The notes under the pieces: generated by a model
Told to the model about the DNA's origin: nothing
The model's database searches: none
The model's input: only the letters and a program-made list of their open reading frames with translations
Shown here: piece by piece, positions 15,001-26,600 of the stretch
Numbering within the stretch: the first letter of the stretch is position 1
Layout of the letters: each line of letters starts with the position of its first letter
Made by a program: the position numbers and the translations under genes
Assembly: GCA_965203295.1 (NCBI GenBank)
Contig: CBDBCZ010000016.1
Location: forward strand, 960,001 to 1,024,000
Length of the DNA: 64,000 nt
Direction of reading: 5' to 3'
Source of the DNA: Nitrospirales bacterium
GTDB taxonomy: Bacteria > Nitrospirota > Nitrospiria > Nitrospirales > UBA8639

Positions 15001-16422
15001 TGAGAGGCAATGGGTGACGCACAGCTGGGGGTCGTCTACGTTTTACTGGCTTACTCCACGGAAAAACACTTGGAACGGAGGAATTCTCATTTTTTTCCCC
15101 TTCTGCAAAGTGGGCACTACATATTCTTGTGCTCTCACTGACACACAGTGTTTTTTTTATGCTGACAAGCCACTGCTGCCTTAGGTCACTATCCTGGGGC
15201 AGGCGATGAAATTTGATACTTGTGAATTCGGGCTTGTCACTTCTGCTAGGACAGCCTGGGATACTACAACTCTGGTGTCGTGGCATTCTGGAAGCTAGTA
15301 GGGTTACTGCCTACCACGGTGGTAACAATCAATAGCTTCGCTACACAATAACTTCGGCAAGTATCTAGCTCTTTACTGTTAACACGGCAACGTTCCGCGA
15401 GCACTACTTACAAACCAACAACTCTCACTTACAATACTAAACTTGAAAGACCGTACATATACACACTAGGCAACTCACCTAGCAACAGTTGGCGCGAGTT
15501 GTGACTTCTTTGCAGCTGATAAAATCCAAGAGAGCGGTCTTCTTTTTGCTTCTTTGGTGCACCCGCCATCGCGTCGAATTCTAATTATTGCCTACTATTA
15601 CCCCCCAGACGTCATAATGACGTACTAATGGTAAAGGGTCTATTGGTTACTTTCTCGAGCCAACAGTGCCACAGTGTGCAAGTACTGGACAGTGGTTCAC
15701 GAGACTAATATACTGCAGCATGAATAGAGAGTTTTCACGTGTCGTCACAGATCACGTGCTCCTGCAGTATGTCTGAGTCACGTTATGTTTATGCCCGTTC
15801 TTGCCCACCATGCATGGGCGACTAGATTGGCACGTTATAGCTACAGCGATCGCAGAAACAAAAGCTGCTGGGAACTTACGCGTTCAGTATCTCAATTATC
15901 ACTGTAAGTCAGTTTTCAGGCGGGACAGATCGAGTGAATCTGCTGCCTAGACTACGAGTACGAGAGTAACTTCCGGTCTTTATGCGTATGGCTATGTACA
16001 TTTGCTGCCCACCAAAATGGCGCCCTGGCATGGCAACAGTTGCTACATGCGTGTGACGTAAGATGATGTCAATGAAACTCTCTATACTATACTGTTTGTA
16101 TCAAACAATCATGAGCGTACTCTAGCTAATATAGTACGCTCATGATTGGCTGATGGTGCGCGGATGACAAATTATGTCATCCACGTACCTAGCGTACGTA
16201 TATACATCACGCACCGTAGACGCACCATAGATATAGCCTCGTTCCCAGGCTCTACTGACCAGCTTTATTTTACTACGTGCGAAAAAAAGCTGGTCAGTAG
16301 AGCCTGGCTACCATAGATAGTAGAGTAGACGCACCATGCTTGCTTTCCATACCTTGAGCTGTTGCAACTTCAAGCAGTACGGACATAGCCAAAACTGCCC
16401 ACACGCCGTGCACCCAACTCAT
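1..16422 (-). CDS. Gene 1: multi-exon Ig-repeat cell-surface receptor, 3' end outside the window
   Basis: Signal exon 16422-16353 ([26 protein letters not shown] donor). Phase-1 Ig exons at ~11758-11578 (half domain), 11410-11121, 11030-10673, 6142-5879, 5720-5413, 4270-3934, 3687-3397, 3307-2941, 2718-2430, 1806-1516, 1236-904, 740-450 and 360-<1. Each full exon has the Cys...YxC/HxC Ig pattern and AG/GT boundaries. Confidence 0.85.
6365..8404 (+). mobile_element. Decayed hAT (ZBED1/Ac-like) DNA transposon in an intron of gene 1
   Basis: Left end TAGTGCTGGGCGATAT with GCGATA subterminal repeats. BED finger (AVWRYF...C*VC...NTSNLYSHLKKHHP), TTDLWTS, TTDSGSN, CFGHNL, TRWGS and the C-terminal dimerisation motif WWK...CATSVPSERVFS. 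Broken by stops and frameshifts. Matching right TIR not found. Confidence 0.9.
9805..10071. mobile_element. Short non-autonomous hairpin element (Crypton-like end structure)
   Basis: Palindrome GGTGTATAAG...CCGAGGGCTGAAGGCCCGAGG...CTTATACACC, followed by a second inverted pair TTTCTACCAC...GTGGTAGAAA. Confidence 0.5.
11887..12250 (+). mobile_element. ~360-bp inserted element, possibly a non-autonomous Helitron-like element
   Basis: Absent from the paralogous intron (28995-29010 reads CGCATAATTTCACAG). Starts CTGAGCGAAGCGAGG and ends CACTAGT. A related copy lies at ~16602-16968. Confidence 0.5.
12498..13560 (+). pseudogene. ISL2EU accessory ORF (SAP-like + SWIM zinc finger), disrupted and truncated
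   Basis: SAP-like WTCTALKSWLKARGLSYSGLKKDQLV and SWIM CSCIAGKSACNHTAALMF. In-frame TGA at 13280-13282 precedes SCTSLPK. No YqaJ nuclease domain is recognisable. Confidence 0.7.
13850..15286 (-). CDS. THAP + HTH + DDE_Tnp_4 (Harbinger/ISL2EU) transposase
   Basis: 478-aa uninterrupted ORF. THAP CSIPGC...FHRLP...W...ICSAHF...VPSVF, helix-turn-helix LAHRFNISIATVSRI, and catalytic motifs ILDCTE, MADKGF, HVERAIG. Confidence 0.93.
   Translation of the reverse strand: MPRHQSCSIPGCPSRSDKPEFTSIKFHRLPQDSDLRQQWLVSIKKTLCVSESTRICSAHFAEGEKNENSSVPSVFPWSKPVKRRRPPAVRHPLPLKKPKQVETPSAVNAIEQHEEKISELQLKVLRLEEEVRTLESQRFLLRRFQGSDKDIQFYTGLPSYSVLMCLYRFLEPLLCYLRLCRNEIKSTSTSIFKPRARALQPIDEFFLTLVRLRLGLLEQDLAHRFNISIATVSRICITWIKFLNQQLRPLITWPSRECIDAHMPAQFVEFCPTTRVILDCTEFFTEVPSSMSIQSLTYSSYKHHNTFKALVGISPTGAVTFISDLYAGSVSDQALTRECGVLDHVMPGDTVMADKGFDISYDVLVRGAKLNIPPFVKNHQQLSKKNVIITRKIASLRIHVERAIGRVKQYRILSNVVPLSLVHSIDSIWGICCSLSLFHPPLVTDPARLSEKEISEIIACILVLFLINVYVAVTVLKF
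15726..16083. mobile_element. 358-bp MITE (ISL2EU-like, AT target site)
   Basis: TIR AGAGAGTTTTCA...TGAAACTCTCT flanked by AT. The empty site TGCAGCATGAATACTG is present in the paralog at ~30861-30876. Confidence 0.8.
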
Positions 16423-16601
16423 CTTGAAACCAGCACTCGTGGAGTGGATTTGCGGCAGCATTCAACCGCATGCAAAGCTTGAGACAGCGCGCGAAACTAA
16501 GTAATTATTAATCTCGTGTCTAGACTCCGCCCAGTTCGGTAGCCACGTCCACGTGGGTCAACGATCGCGTCGTAGTTACGTCACTCAGCGTACACGTACT
16601 C

Positions 16602-16968
16602 CGGTTCCATTGACCTTTTCAGTCTAGACTGTTTTTCGTCACCGTCCCTCCAGTCCCAGCCATTTCTCCATGCAGACATAATATAGCCTACCAAACTCGC
16701 CATGAGCACTTACCTTCGCTATATATAAAAAGGCTGTACGGGAGGCTTGGAAGCGCTCACTAAATACGTACAGCTAGCCTGCTTCAGCCTCTGGACTTCC
16801 AGGTGAATAATTTATTGCACGTAGCCATTTTGTGTAGTGGTTGGGTATTGTGGGCGTGCCCTGTTCCTTTGACCTTTTTCTTCACGGTAGGGGCGCGCCA
16901 CAAATAAATGTGCCACCACCAGCAATTCTCGCGAGGCGAGGACATCCCTGCAACATTGTGTATCACTA
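16602..16968 (+). repeat. Second copy of the 11.9-12.25 kb element, upstream of gene 1
   Basis: Shares GGTTCCATTGAC...GCACTTACCTTCGCTATA...CAGCTAGCCTGCTTCAGCCT...GACATCCCTGCA...ATTGTGTATCACTA with 11912-12248. Confidence 0.75.
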
Positions 16969-17630
16969 CTTAGAGCATAACAGAAACAGGAAAGAGTCAA
17001 ACTTGGTTGTCCACTGTGGCCGGACGGACTGGTAGGCAGCGAATCCACAGCGTGGCATTACCCTTCCATTCGTGAATAATTCGGAATAAATATGCCATAC
17101 TTTAGCAATAACCCCCAAAGCCAAAAAACATCTCATCACAGAATACTATCACATGTACAAAAAGCATGCATGCCTTCCTAAGTAATAATTGTCCTTATTA
17201 ATCAAGGACTTTCCTTATTTTGGCTCCCCAGATGCATGATGATAGGAGGAGCTGGAAAGGAACCATATCCTAAAGTGAGCACGAACTGTACTCTTAGTCT
17301 TCTAAGCAGCTGTGACAGGGTTGACTATTCAACTAGATTACTTATCTAGTATCACTAAAATGGTTTAGAAGCATAGGAAGCCATACTATCCAATGCACAG
17401 GACAGGGTGATTATGAGTAAGACTAAGAAATTTATCATGTACCTCATGACACTGTACGCTTTTTGTAAGAAAAAACATGCCTTACAGGTACACACAATGC
17501 AGAAGATTGCATGTAGCATTAGCTGATTGTCACAGCAACTATCATAATTCACAACGTAACAACTACCTATGTGGTGCAGTAGTTAATTAACACAAAGTGG
17601 CTAAGTCTTTCTAAAATTGAATCTCAGAGT

Positions 17631-20600
17631 TTAGACCACTTCTTGAAAGTTACAATATGTTTCAAAGCTGCCCACAAACTCTTTCAGTACCTCATGACAA
17701 TGAATGTATTGTTCCTACAGGGAAAAACAAAACATGTTGTGGTCAGTCAGAAGTGACTACAACTACTACATGAATGTTTTCTTCCTAGCCAAAGCAGACT
17801 ATCACTGCTTGAGTTCTCCCACAAACTCACCACACTCTGCACCAGGCCTGGACGGTTGAGACGGGCTGACTTGATGAACTGAAAGACGTCAACCACACCC
17901 TCAGCCTTCAGCCTCTCTATCTGAGCATGCATGCAGATGAAAGCACCCGTACGACCCATTCCATCACTGCAAGGAGACATACACATCTGGTTAGAGTACC
18001 TGCAAAAAGTGGGCTCAAACACACCAGGACTGAGTCAATACTCTTGCAGATTTCATATAGTATTACACACACCAACTAACTTGCACATAACAGTGATGGC
18101 GTTCTTTCCTGTGGTCATCTGCACCCGGTTGACATTCTCCAACACTTCCAAGAGAACAGGTGGAGAAGGATGGTCACGTTTTGGCCAGCACAGCAGCTGA
18201 AACTGGGTCACAGTGAATGAGGAAGGCCCCCTTGTTTCCTATAAGTATAGATGAACAACAAGGAAACATTGCCCTGATAAATATACAACACTGAATATGC
18301 TTACTTACGGCTGTGGACTTGGATTTGTCCTCAATAATTTCAAACTTGCGAACAATATAAGCATGGTACTTCTCCTCTGACTTCAATGTGACTCCAATCT
18401 CTCCATAATTTCTGGTTAACCCCTGGTCCGTAGGCCAGTAAGGATAGCAAGACTCCTGTAGTAAGAAAAACACTGATATCTCAACAGATGCCTCACGGGG
18501 TTTACAGACACAGAGTGATAGGTTAAGCTAGCTATAGTCATCGCTGTAAACAAAGAGCCTCATTCATGGGGGCAGTGGCATGCAGAGCTTGTTGTGGGAT
18601 GGGTCAATCAAACTGGAGAGCCTCAAAGCCGATGGGACATTAGTACGCACATGTTCATAAAACATTATGGCATTGTTGTGGACCCAATAAGCATTGCATC
18701 TGCTGAATACAATATGTTGTCTATCATGTATATATGTTTCGCGCGAACCAGGAATTTGCGCAATCTTAGAATTGCGTAATGCAAACTAGGAATCCATACT
18801 TTGCCGCGCAATCCCGGGATTGCACAACCAATTCCACTTTTGCGCATACGTGATATTGACACTTCTATGGCTAGCTATAAAAATGCCACGCTCGATCAGG
18901 AATGCAGCGTCTCTGCGGCTTGCAAGCCCTCAGTTTCATTCATCCGTCTTTACTGTAAACTGTAGATTGCCAGAATCATTTGATAATGTAATAGTTGTGA
19001 CAAATGGTTTCATTACAAAGGAATGTGTTGGTTTTAACATAGATTGTAGACTATCAATGGTTTTAATACATCATGTTGGCGATTGGTTTTGTAACCACTG
19101 TCAGTAGATTTTGTTTTTACATGCAGCACTTGACTCTTTGTTTATCCCTTTGCTGTCTATACTTTGACGCTTCATGCACTTTATATCAAAATTCTAACTT
19201 TGTACGAACGAATTTGCGCAATGCAGGGTTTGCGCAACGTATTCCAACTTTGCGCGAAAAACTGCGCAATCCTGGGATTGCGCGCCAAAGTACAGATTCC
19301 TACTTTGCGCAGCGCAGTCCTAAGATTGCGCGACTTCCTGGTTTGCGCGGAACATATATATTCTGCTGTTTCGCATTGTGGAATTGTATTTATATAGACA
19401 AAATTACCTCTCCTTCCTCCAGCAAGCTGCACAGCATGACGATACACTTGCTCTGGCACTCTGAAATCATCTTCCAAAAGTCTTTCACAGTGGTAGACAG
19501 TGGGCCCTGGGTGGCAATGTAGGCCCCTCTCTTCTTATAGCCCTATTGTGTAACGTTAAGACTAATGAGAATGTTTAAGTTACAAGTATATTGTGAGACT
19601 CTACTTACATTAACAAAGTTGGCATTGATATAGTCAGATCCTTCAAATCGTGTTAGTCGTAGGTATACTCGGCAGTAGTTGCCTGTGAGTTGTAGAAAAT
19701 AACATAAGACAAAGAAATACTAACTATTTAGTAACGCATATACCTGCAAGCTTGGAGGCATAGCGGTTCTTTGAAATATTGTATTCAGCTGTAGCATCAG
19801 AGAAGTCTTCTGTCTCCATTTTGGGAGAAATCTGCTTGAGTAGCTGTTGGGAAAGCAATGCCAAGAATGGAGTAACTGAAATCATACCAGATCAAGCAGG
19901 CCGCCTGATTATTCTGTACCTTAAACTGGTCTTGGAACCCAGACACCTGCTTGCCATCGGCAGTCTGATGCAGTTGGCTGGTGATGACCTTTAGGTTGGC
20001 TGCAGATATGTCTGTCTTTCCACAGGTGATCAGTTCATCCAGGGCAGTATGGATGAACACATACTGGGTCTAAAGGGAAAGATGGAAGTCTAACTGAATA
20101 GCCATGACATCCAATGTGTTGATGGGTACACACAGCACTTTATAACCTATGAGACAACAATAATTTACTGAGACTGATTTAGTATGAGTGCTAAAAGGAT
20201 TACAGTACGTACAGTATAGTACAGCCTACCAGAGTCTGCACCATTTTTACACGCTGGCACCGCAGCTCTTTGAGACACCTGAAGACATTCACAACCCCCA
20301 TGTCTTTGATCCGCTGCATCTCCATATCGAGAACTATAAATGTACCAGTCCTGCCCACTCCAGCACTGCAGTGCACTAGGAGGGGTTGTGGGTGCGATGG
20401 GGGATGGGACTTGCGCATCCTCTGGATGAAGCTAATAAGAGACATTGCATTTGATGGTACTCCATGGTCTGGCCAGGCTTGATAGAAGAAATGGGTAACT
20501 TTCAAAGCTGGCTCAGCAGGATTGGATGTCTAACGAGGGATATAGTATAATGATTCATTCATGTAATTCAAGCACCCCTAAAATGGGCAAAGAGCTTTAT

Positions 20601-23600
20601 TCTTACATCGTTCACAATGAATGTCCTGATCTCGTATTCAGCGAATGGCAGGAGGGAGGTGAGGGTGACTGTGAGGTTATAGCCCACTTCTTTAGTCTCA
20701 TTCACTCCTTTAGGCCAGTACTGCTCGCACTTTTTCTGTCAAAACATGTGGGTAAAGAGAAATGGTTCGCTGGAAGAGATACACAGGTAAACACTGGTCT
20801 TAGTTTATACACAGAAAAAAAACATCCTACTTTTCCGAGTTCAACGCATCTGGTCAACATCGCAATAGTTGTGACTTTGTGCTCCCAAACCATGCGCCAA
20901 AGGTCACCCAAAGTATCGAGAACAGGGCCTGAGATGAAAATTCAAACAAAGAACTCAGTGTACATCTCTAATGAATTATAAGCTAGTTACCTTGGGAAGC
21001 AATGTACTCATTCTGTTTGGTGTATCCCTAAATTGGAGAAGAAGTAAGTAGTATAAAGAGCCAAAGATAATCAATACCAAACAAGCCATATATACCTCTA
21101 TGAAGCTGGCATTGATGTAGTCAGATCCTTCTACTCCTTCAATCTCCTTCAGTTTCACCCGACAGAAGTCATCTGAGTATGAGCGAGTTGAGGGTTTGGA
21201 TAGTGGCAGGGGTTGTGGCTACGCCTTTTTAAAACGGACTTACAAGGGTAAATGTGGCGAAATCGATTACGTTCTTTGTTGCAAGGGAGCAGACCAGCAT
21301 CACATGATGCCAATGGGCCCTTCTTTAGAGACTGAAAATGCAAATCACAATGGTATTATAATTTCTCACACTGATAGTCATTGCAGTGTAGTACTTACTT
21401 CGTACTCAGATCGAAACCCTCTATCTTTGTCTGCGTGCATGTTGGTCACATGAGCACTGAACCAGGCAACTGAGATACCCTTACTGTTGTTCTGGGCTGA
21501 GTAGTTATACAAATGCTGATCACAATGACAGCTTGCAGTGCATGAAGCAATGCTTAACCTGTTCTGTATGAGTTTATTTCCCTGGTTTTCTCTACTTGAT
21601 CTTTCCCAGTGACTGTCAGCTCCAAGCTGGCTCCAGCGATGGGCCACTTGGGTTGAGGTTGTGAGTGTAATTTCACACGCCACTTTAGCCTATAAAAATA
21701 ATAATTGATTAAAGGTTAGCTATATTATATAGAAGTGTAGGTGTATATGATGTGTATCATAGCTGTTGTACTCACCACAAAGCAGCAACTATTACAATAA
21801 CAATGAGTGCAACAATGAGAACTCCAGCGGCTGCTCCCGCCACTGCTCCAGGAGACACAGAACTGCTACTTGAACCTGTACCAGTGGAGTCAGACCAGCA
21901 ATACTATTATTTATGTTTTAAAGACAGAATGACTCAATGGGTAGGTGCCATAGTAACATGCCATCCACTGCATGCACTACCCTAACCATTTTGTTGTGCA
22001 TAGTTGTTACACTTGGTAACCAATATACTCTCTTCAATTATGAAAGAAAACACTTTACTGACTCTCCACTGTCAGAAAAAAAATGCTATTACTTACTTTG
22101 CACAGTGAGTATCTTAACATCCATAATTGTCCCAGTGGAGAAGGTGGCCTGACAGGTGTACTGTCCTCCATGGGACGTCTGCACTGGGGTGAACTCCAAT
22201 GTGCTAATGTAAGTCTTAGTGGAGTCACTAGTCATCACATGCTGGGTTTCACTGATAATACTGCCACCATCAGGGCCTAACCACTGCACAACTGGATCTC
22301 CTATCAGTGAGTCCCCCTCTGCCAAGGTCACAGTACAGGTGAGAGAGAAGGACTCTCCTGCAACAGGTATCTCAGGTGGTGAGATTGTGACTGTGGGAGG
22401 AGAGCCTGGGAAACCAATGGAATATAAAGTAATAAAGCAGCTCTGGCTCATCAATCTTTTCTTGCATCTACTTGTCTAAAATGTTGAGTCACTAAAGCAG
22501 TTATGTTTGTATGGTGCTAACATTCAAATAATGACTGCACGTGCCACTTTAAACATGGATGCAAGGTTCTTTCTATGCATGGTCAACCATTACATGTACA
22601 TGCTCACTTTGTACAGTTAACATTGTAGCATCCATCATTGCGCCTGCAAAGGAGGTAGCCTGGCAGATATACTCTCCTCTGTGGGATGTCATTACAGGGT
22701 TGAATTCCAGTGTGCTGATGTATATATTAGTCTTTGTCTGATGTGTCCTACTAACAGGAACACCATCAGGACCCATCCACTGCACAGCTCCTATCAGCGA
22801 GTCCCCCTCTGCCAGAGAGACAGTGCAAATGAGGGAGAAGGACTCTCCTGCTGTTGGTATCTCATATGGTGATATTGCAACTGTGAGAGGATCGACTAAA
22901 GGAAGATATAGCAATCATCACTTCTCATGCACTGACCATTACTCTGATATGTATTTTCATAGCTTAATTGTAATATATATTCAATTACTTCTCAATATAA
23001 TACCTGAAATGTACAAGCAGTCAACACTTCATATACAGTAAAGATTACAGGTTAACAGAGATACACATGCATATAGTAAATGGGTACATAATTTGAGTTT
23101 CAAGAAAGCATTGTAATGATGATGCTAAGTGTGTCCTGCATGTTAAGGGCACTGAGCACTTTCTATATATAGAGAGAGTCTGTTGAACTGCTTTTTTTAC
23201 TGTCACATGCAATGAGAGAAGCAGCTAATCAGTCAAGTTTGAATAGAGTACTGGTGTGAGACCATTTCCCAGAGCTGTATCCTGTACTCGTAAGGCAAGT
23301 TCTGGCTAGTAAGAGCCCATAAGCTGTAGAAATATTTATCTTTCTTGACTAAAGTCTTTTTTGAACATAACGTATGGCCGAAGAATCACACAAGTAATAT
23401 ATCTGTACCTATATACATGGAGATGAATTAAATGATAGATCATTTCTTTACACTTAGACAGTCTCAATACTATAAGCAATATGGCCATACGGAGATACTT
23501 TTAGTATCATGTAATTATAACGAAGAAACTTACATGCCATAAGTTCCTTTGAGGCTGTGCCCAATGCATTTAGAACTGTGCAGTTATAAGTATGTCCAGT

Positions 23601-26600
23601 GATGTCAGTTGCTGCAGCATCAATGATGAGAACAGTTTCATATGTGGATAGTCTCCTGTCAGTTATTGTTTGTATCTGTGTGTAGGTGTCATCGGGGAGA
23701 GACAGTGGTTGGCTATCCCTCATCCAGGTCACAGCGGTGGCAGGGGAGCCAGTGGAGATGCAGGTCAGGTTAGATGACACGTGACCATAGGTGAATCCCA
23801 GGTGTGTGATGTTAGGAGGAGCTGGGAAAGAACAACGTACCCACTCTAATGATTTACTGACTAATAACATGTGCAACTGGATATACTATATCAAAGTCCT
23901 GGTTTTCATTGTGAGGGTTAAATAGTTGTGAATTGTGAGTGCATTGCGAGCTCAGAAATAATAGAATACAATATATGTTTTATGCTCTGGGGCATGTAAT
24001 GCTAAATCGAAATTTATGTAGCACTCACATGCTCCACACAGCATACATTGAACATATCCATACTTACTATTGAATCCACTAGGATATATTCCAACGTTGA
24101 TGTCCCTCATCTCTCCACTCTGAAGAGGAATGTGACAGGTGTACACCCCCTGATCACCAGCTGTTAGAATATTCTGACTGAGTGTGTTCTCTACTTTCAG
24201 TTCCCCATGTCGTGGGCGGGTAATTGTAAAGATATCACCACTAGTGACAGTAGTTCCATCTGGTCCAATGAGCACCCCAACATTGGTCATCATTGAGTCA
24301 GAGCGACAGAAAAACCAGAAATAAACTTCAAATTTAGCTGTACCAAGGGAAATGACAATCCCGTTGTTTGGTAGTGATCCTGGAACTTGAAGTTCACCAG
24401 TTGAAGTACCTCTGAATACATGTATTCCAGCACCTTGAAGACAATAAATTGCAACATAACTCTTTGATAGCATGTTCAAATCGGAAGAACTAATGCATGT
24501 ACATTATTAGTATCTTGCTTACCCACAACATCGAAGCTGATTGTTTTACTTCCACTTATCAAACCACTAGTGGCTGTGCAGGTGTGGTTGCCAATGTCAC
24601 CAGTGCGAACAGCTGTTCGTGTAACAGTTTTTAAATTCTCAGTCTGGAAAGGACAGTTTCTGCAGGTGGAAGACCACTGGTAGCTAACAGGATCAGTACC
24701 ACCCACTGCTGTGCAAGTGACAGTCACTGGACCAGAGGCTGCTCTGTACTCATTGGGACCCAGCTCAGCGCCAGGAGGAGGTATGTAGGAGACAGTTATG
24801 CTAACCTCCAGTTCTGGTAGGAGAAAAAGTAGCTGTAATGGTCCTGGCCATGTCGTGCTTGCAGAGGTAGTAAACAAACAACACTCTAACTGTTTGTAAG
24901 CCTGAGTAATGGTCTAGTGTGAGGTGCCATGACTGCACATGCAAACTTAATGAATGAAGTAATAATTGCATACCTACAGTGATGTTCAGGCTGTAGTGCG
25001 ACTCACTACGCTGGACATACATTACTCCTGAGCCAGGCTCAACAGTGCCAGTGCAGGTGTATGTGTCAGATGAGGTAGCTCGTAGTGAAGGAATATGTAG
25101 CATAACTTTGTATACTCCATCTGAGGATGTCACAATGGTGCTGTTCCTCCCCGCTCCCTGAAGTCTTCCAGTCACCACCACATCACTGTCCACTGCTGGA
25201 TTAGGATCTAACTGGATAGTGCAGGTCAGAGTGAGGTTGTCTCCATGGCGGAGGCGTACACTGGCATCAGGTTCACGGCTCACAGAATTTCTTGGAAGAG
25301 GAACTGTAGAGTAAATTAAACACCACATATTCTACAGTACAGTATGTTGTATCGCTCACATCTGCTTGTCCGAAATGTTGAGTCACTAATCAGTTATGTT
25401 TGTATGTTTTAGAATGGTGTGATTCAATATTCAAATTCTAATGTCTGCATGTGCCACTTTAAACATGAATGCAAGGATATTTGTATGTACGCATGGTCTA
25501 CCAATTCCGGAAGTGCTATACAGGCCACCATGTTATCTATAGATGCCTGCCAGTCACAAAGTTTTCCCCGCATGACAAACACTCTATGCTCACTTTGTAC
25601 TGTTAATAATGTAGCATCCATCATTGTGCCTGCAGAGGAGGTAGCCTGGCAGATATACTCCCCTCCGTGGGATGTCATTACAGGGTTGAATTCCAGTGTG
25701 CTGATGTATATATTAGTCTTTGTCTGATGTGTCCTACTAACAGGAACACCATCAGGACCCATCCACTGCACAGCTCCTATCAGCGAGTCCCCCTCTGCCA
25801 GAGAGACAGTGCAAATGAGGGAGAAGGACTCTCCTGCTGTTGGTATCTCATATGGTGATACTGTGACCGTGACAGGATCGACTAAAGGAAGAAATAGCAA
25901 TCATCACTCCTCATGCACTGACTATTACTCTGATATGTATCTTCATAGCTTAATTGTATTATACCAGTAAATTACTTCTCAAAATAATACCTGAAATGTA
26001 CAAGCTGTCCACACTTCCTATATAGTAAAGATTACAGGTTAACAGAGACACACATGCCTAATAGTAAATGCGTACATAATTTAAGTTTCAGGAAAGCACT
26101 GTAGATGATGATGCTAAGTGTGTCCTGCATGTTAAGGGCACTGAGCAATTCCTATATAAAGTGGGAGTCTGTGTTGAACTGCTTTTTTACTGTCACCAGC
26201 CAATGAGAGAAGCTGCTAATCAGTCAAGTCTGATAGAGTACTGGTGTGAGACCACTTCCCAGAGCTGTATCCTATACTCGTAAGGCAAGTTCTGCCTAGC
26301 AAGAGCACATATAAGCTGTAGAAATATTTATCTTTCTTGACTAAAGTCTTTTCTGAACATAACGTATGGCCGAAGAATCACAATAGCTGTACCTATATAC
26401 ATGGAGATGAATTAAATGATAGATCATTTCTTTACATTTAGACAGTCTCAATACTATAAGCAATATGGCCATACGGAGATACTTTTAGTATCATGTAATT
26501 ATAACAAAGAAACTTACATGCCATGAGTTCCTTTGAAGCTGTGCCCAATGCATTTAGAACTGTGCAGTTATAAGTATGTCCAGTGATGTCAGTTGCTGCA

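Larger units (their letters stand above)
12297..15641. mobile_element. ISL2EU-type (PIF/Harbinger-related) DNA transposon with both ends intact
   Basis: Perfect 72-bp TIRs (12297-12368 and 15570-15641, AGACCCTTTACCATTAGTACG...), AT dinucleotide on both flanks and two convergent ORFs. The paralogous empty site is at ~30780-30810. Confidence 0.92.

Noticed and set aside
18665..19477. ORFs rich in LRxA/CAIxGLR, also at 62985-63712
   Set aside because: They are translations of the repetitive TIRs of a non-coding MITE.
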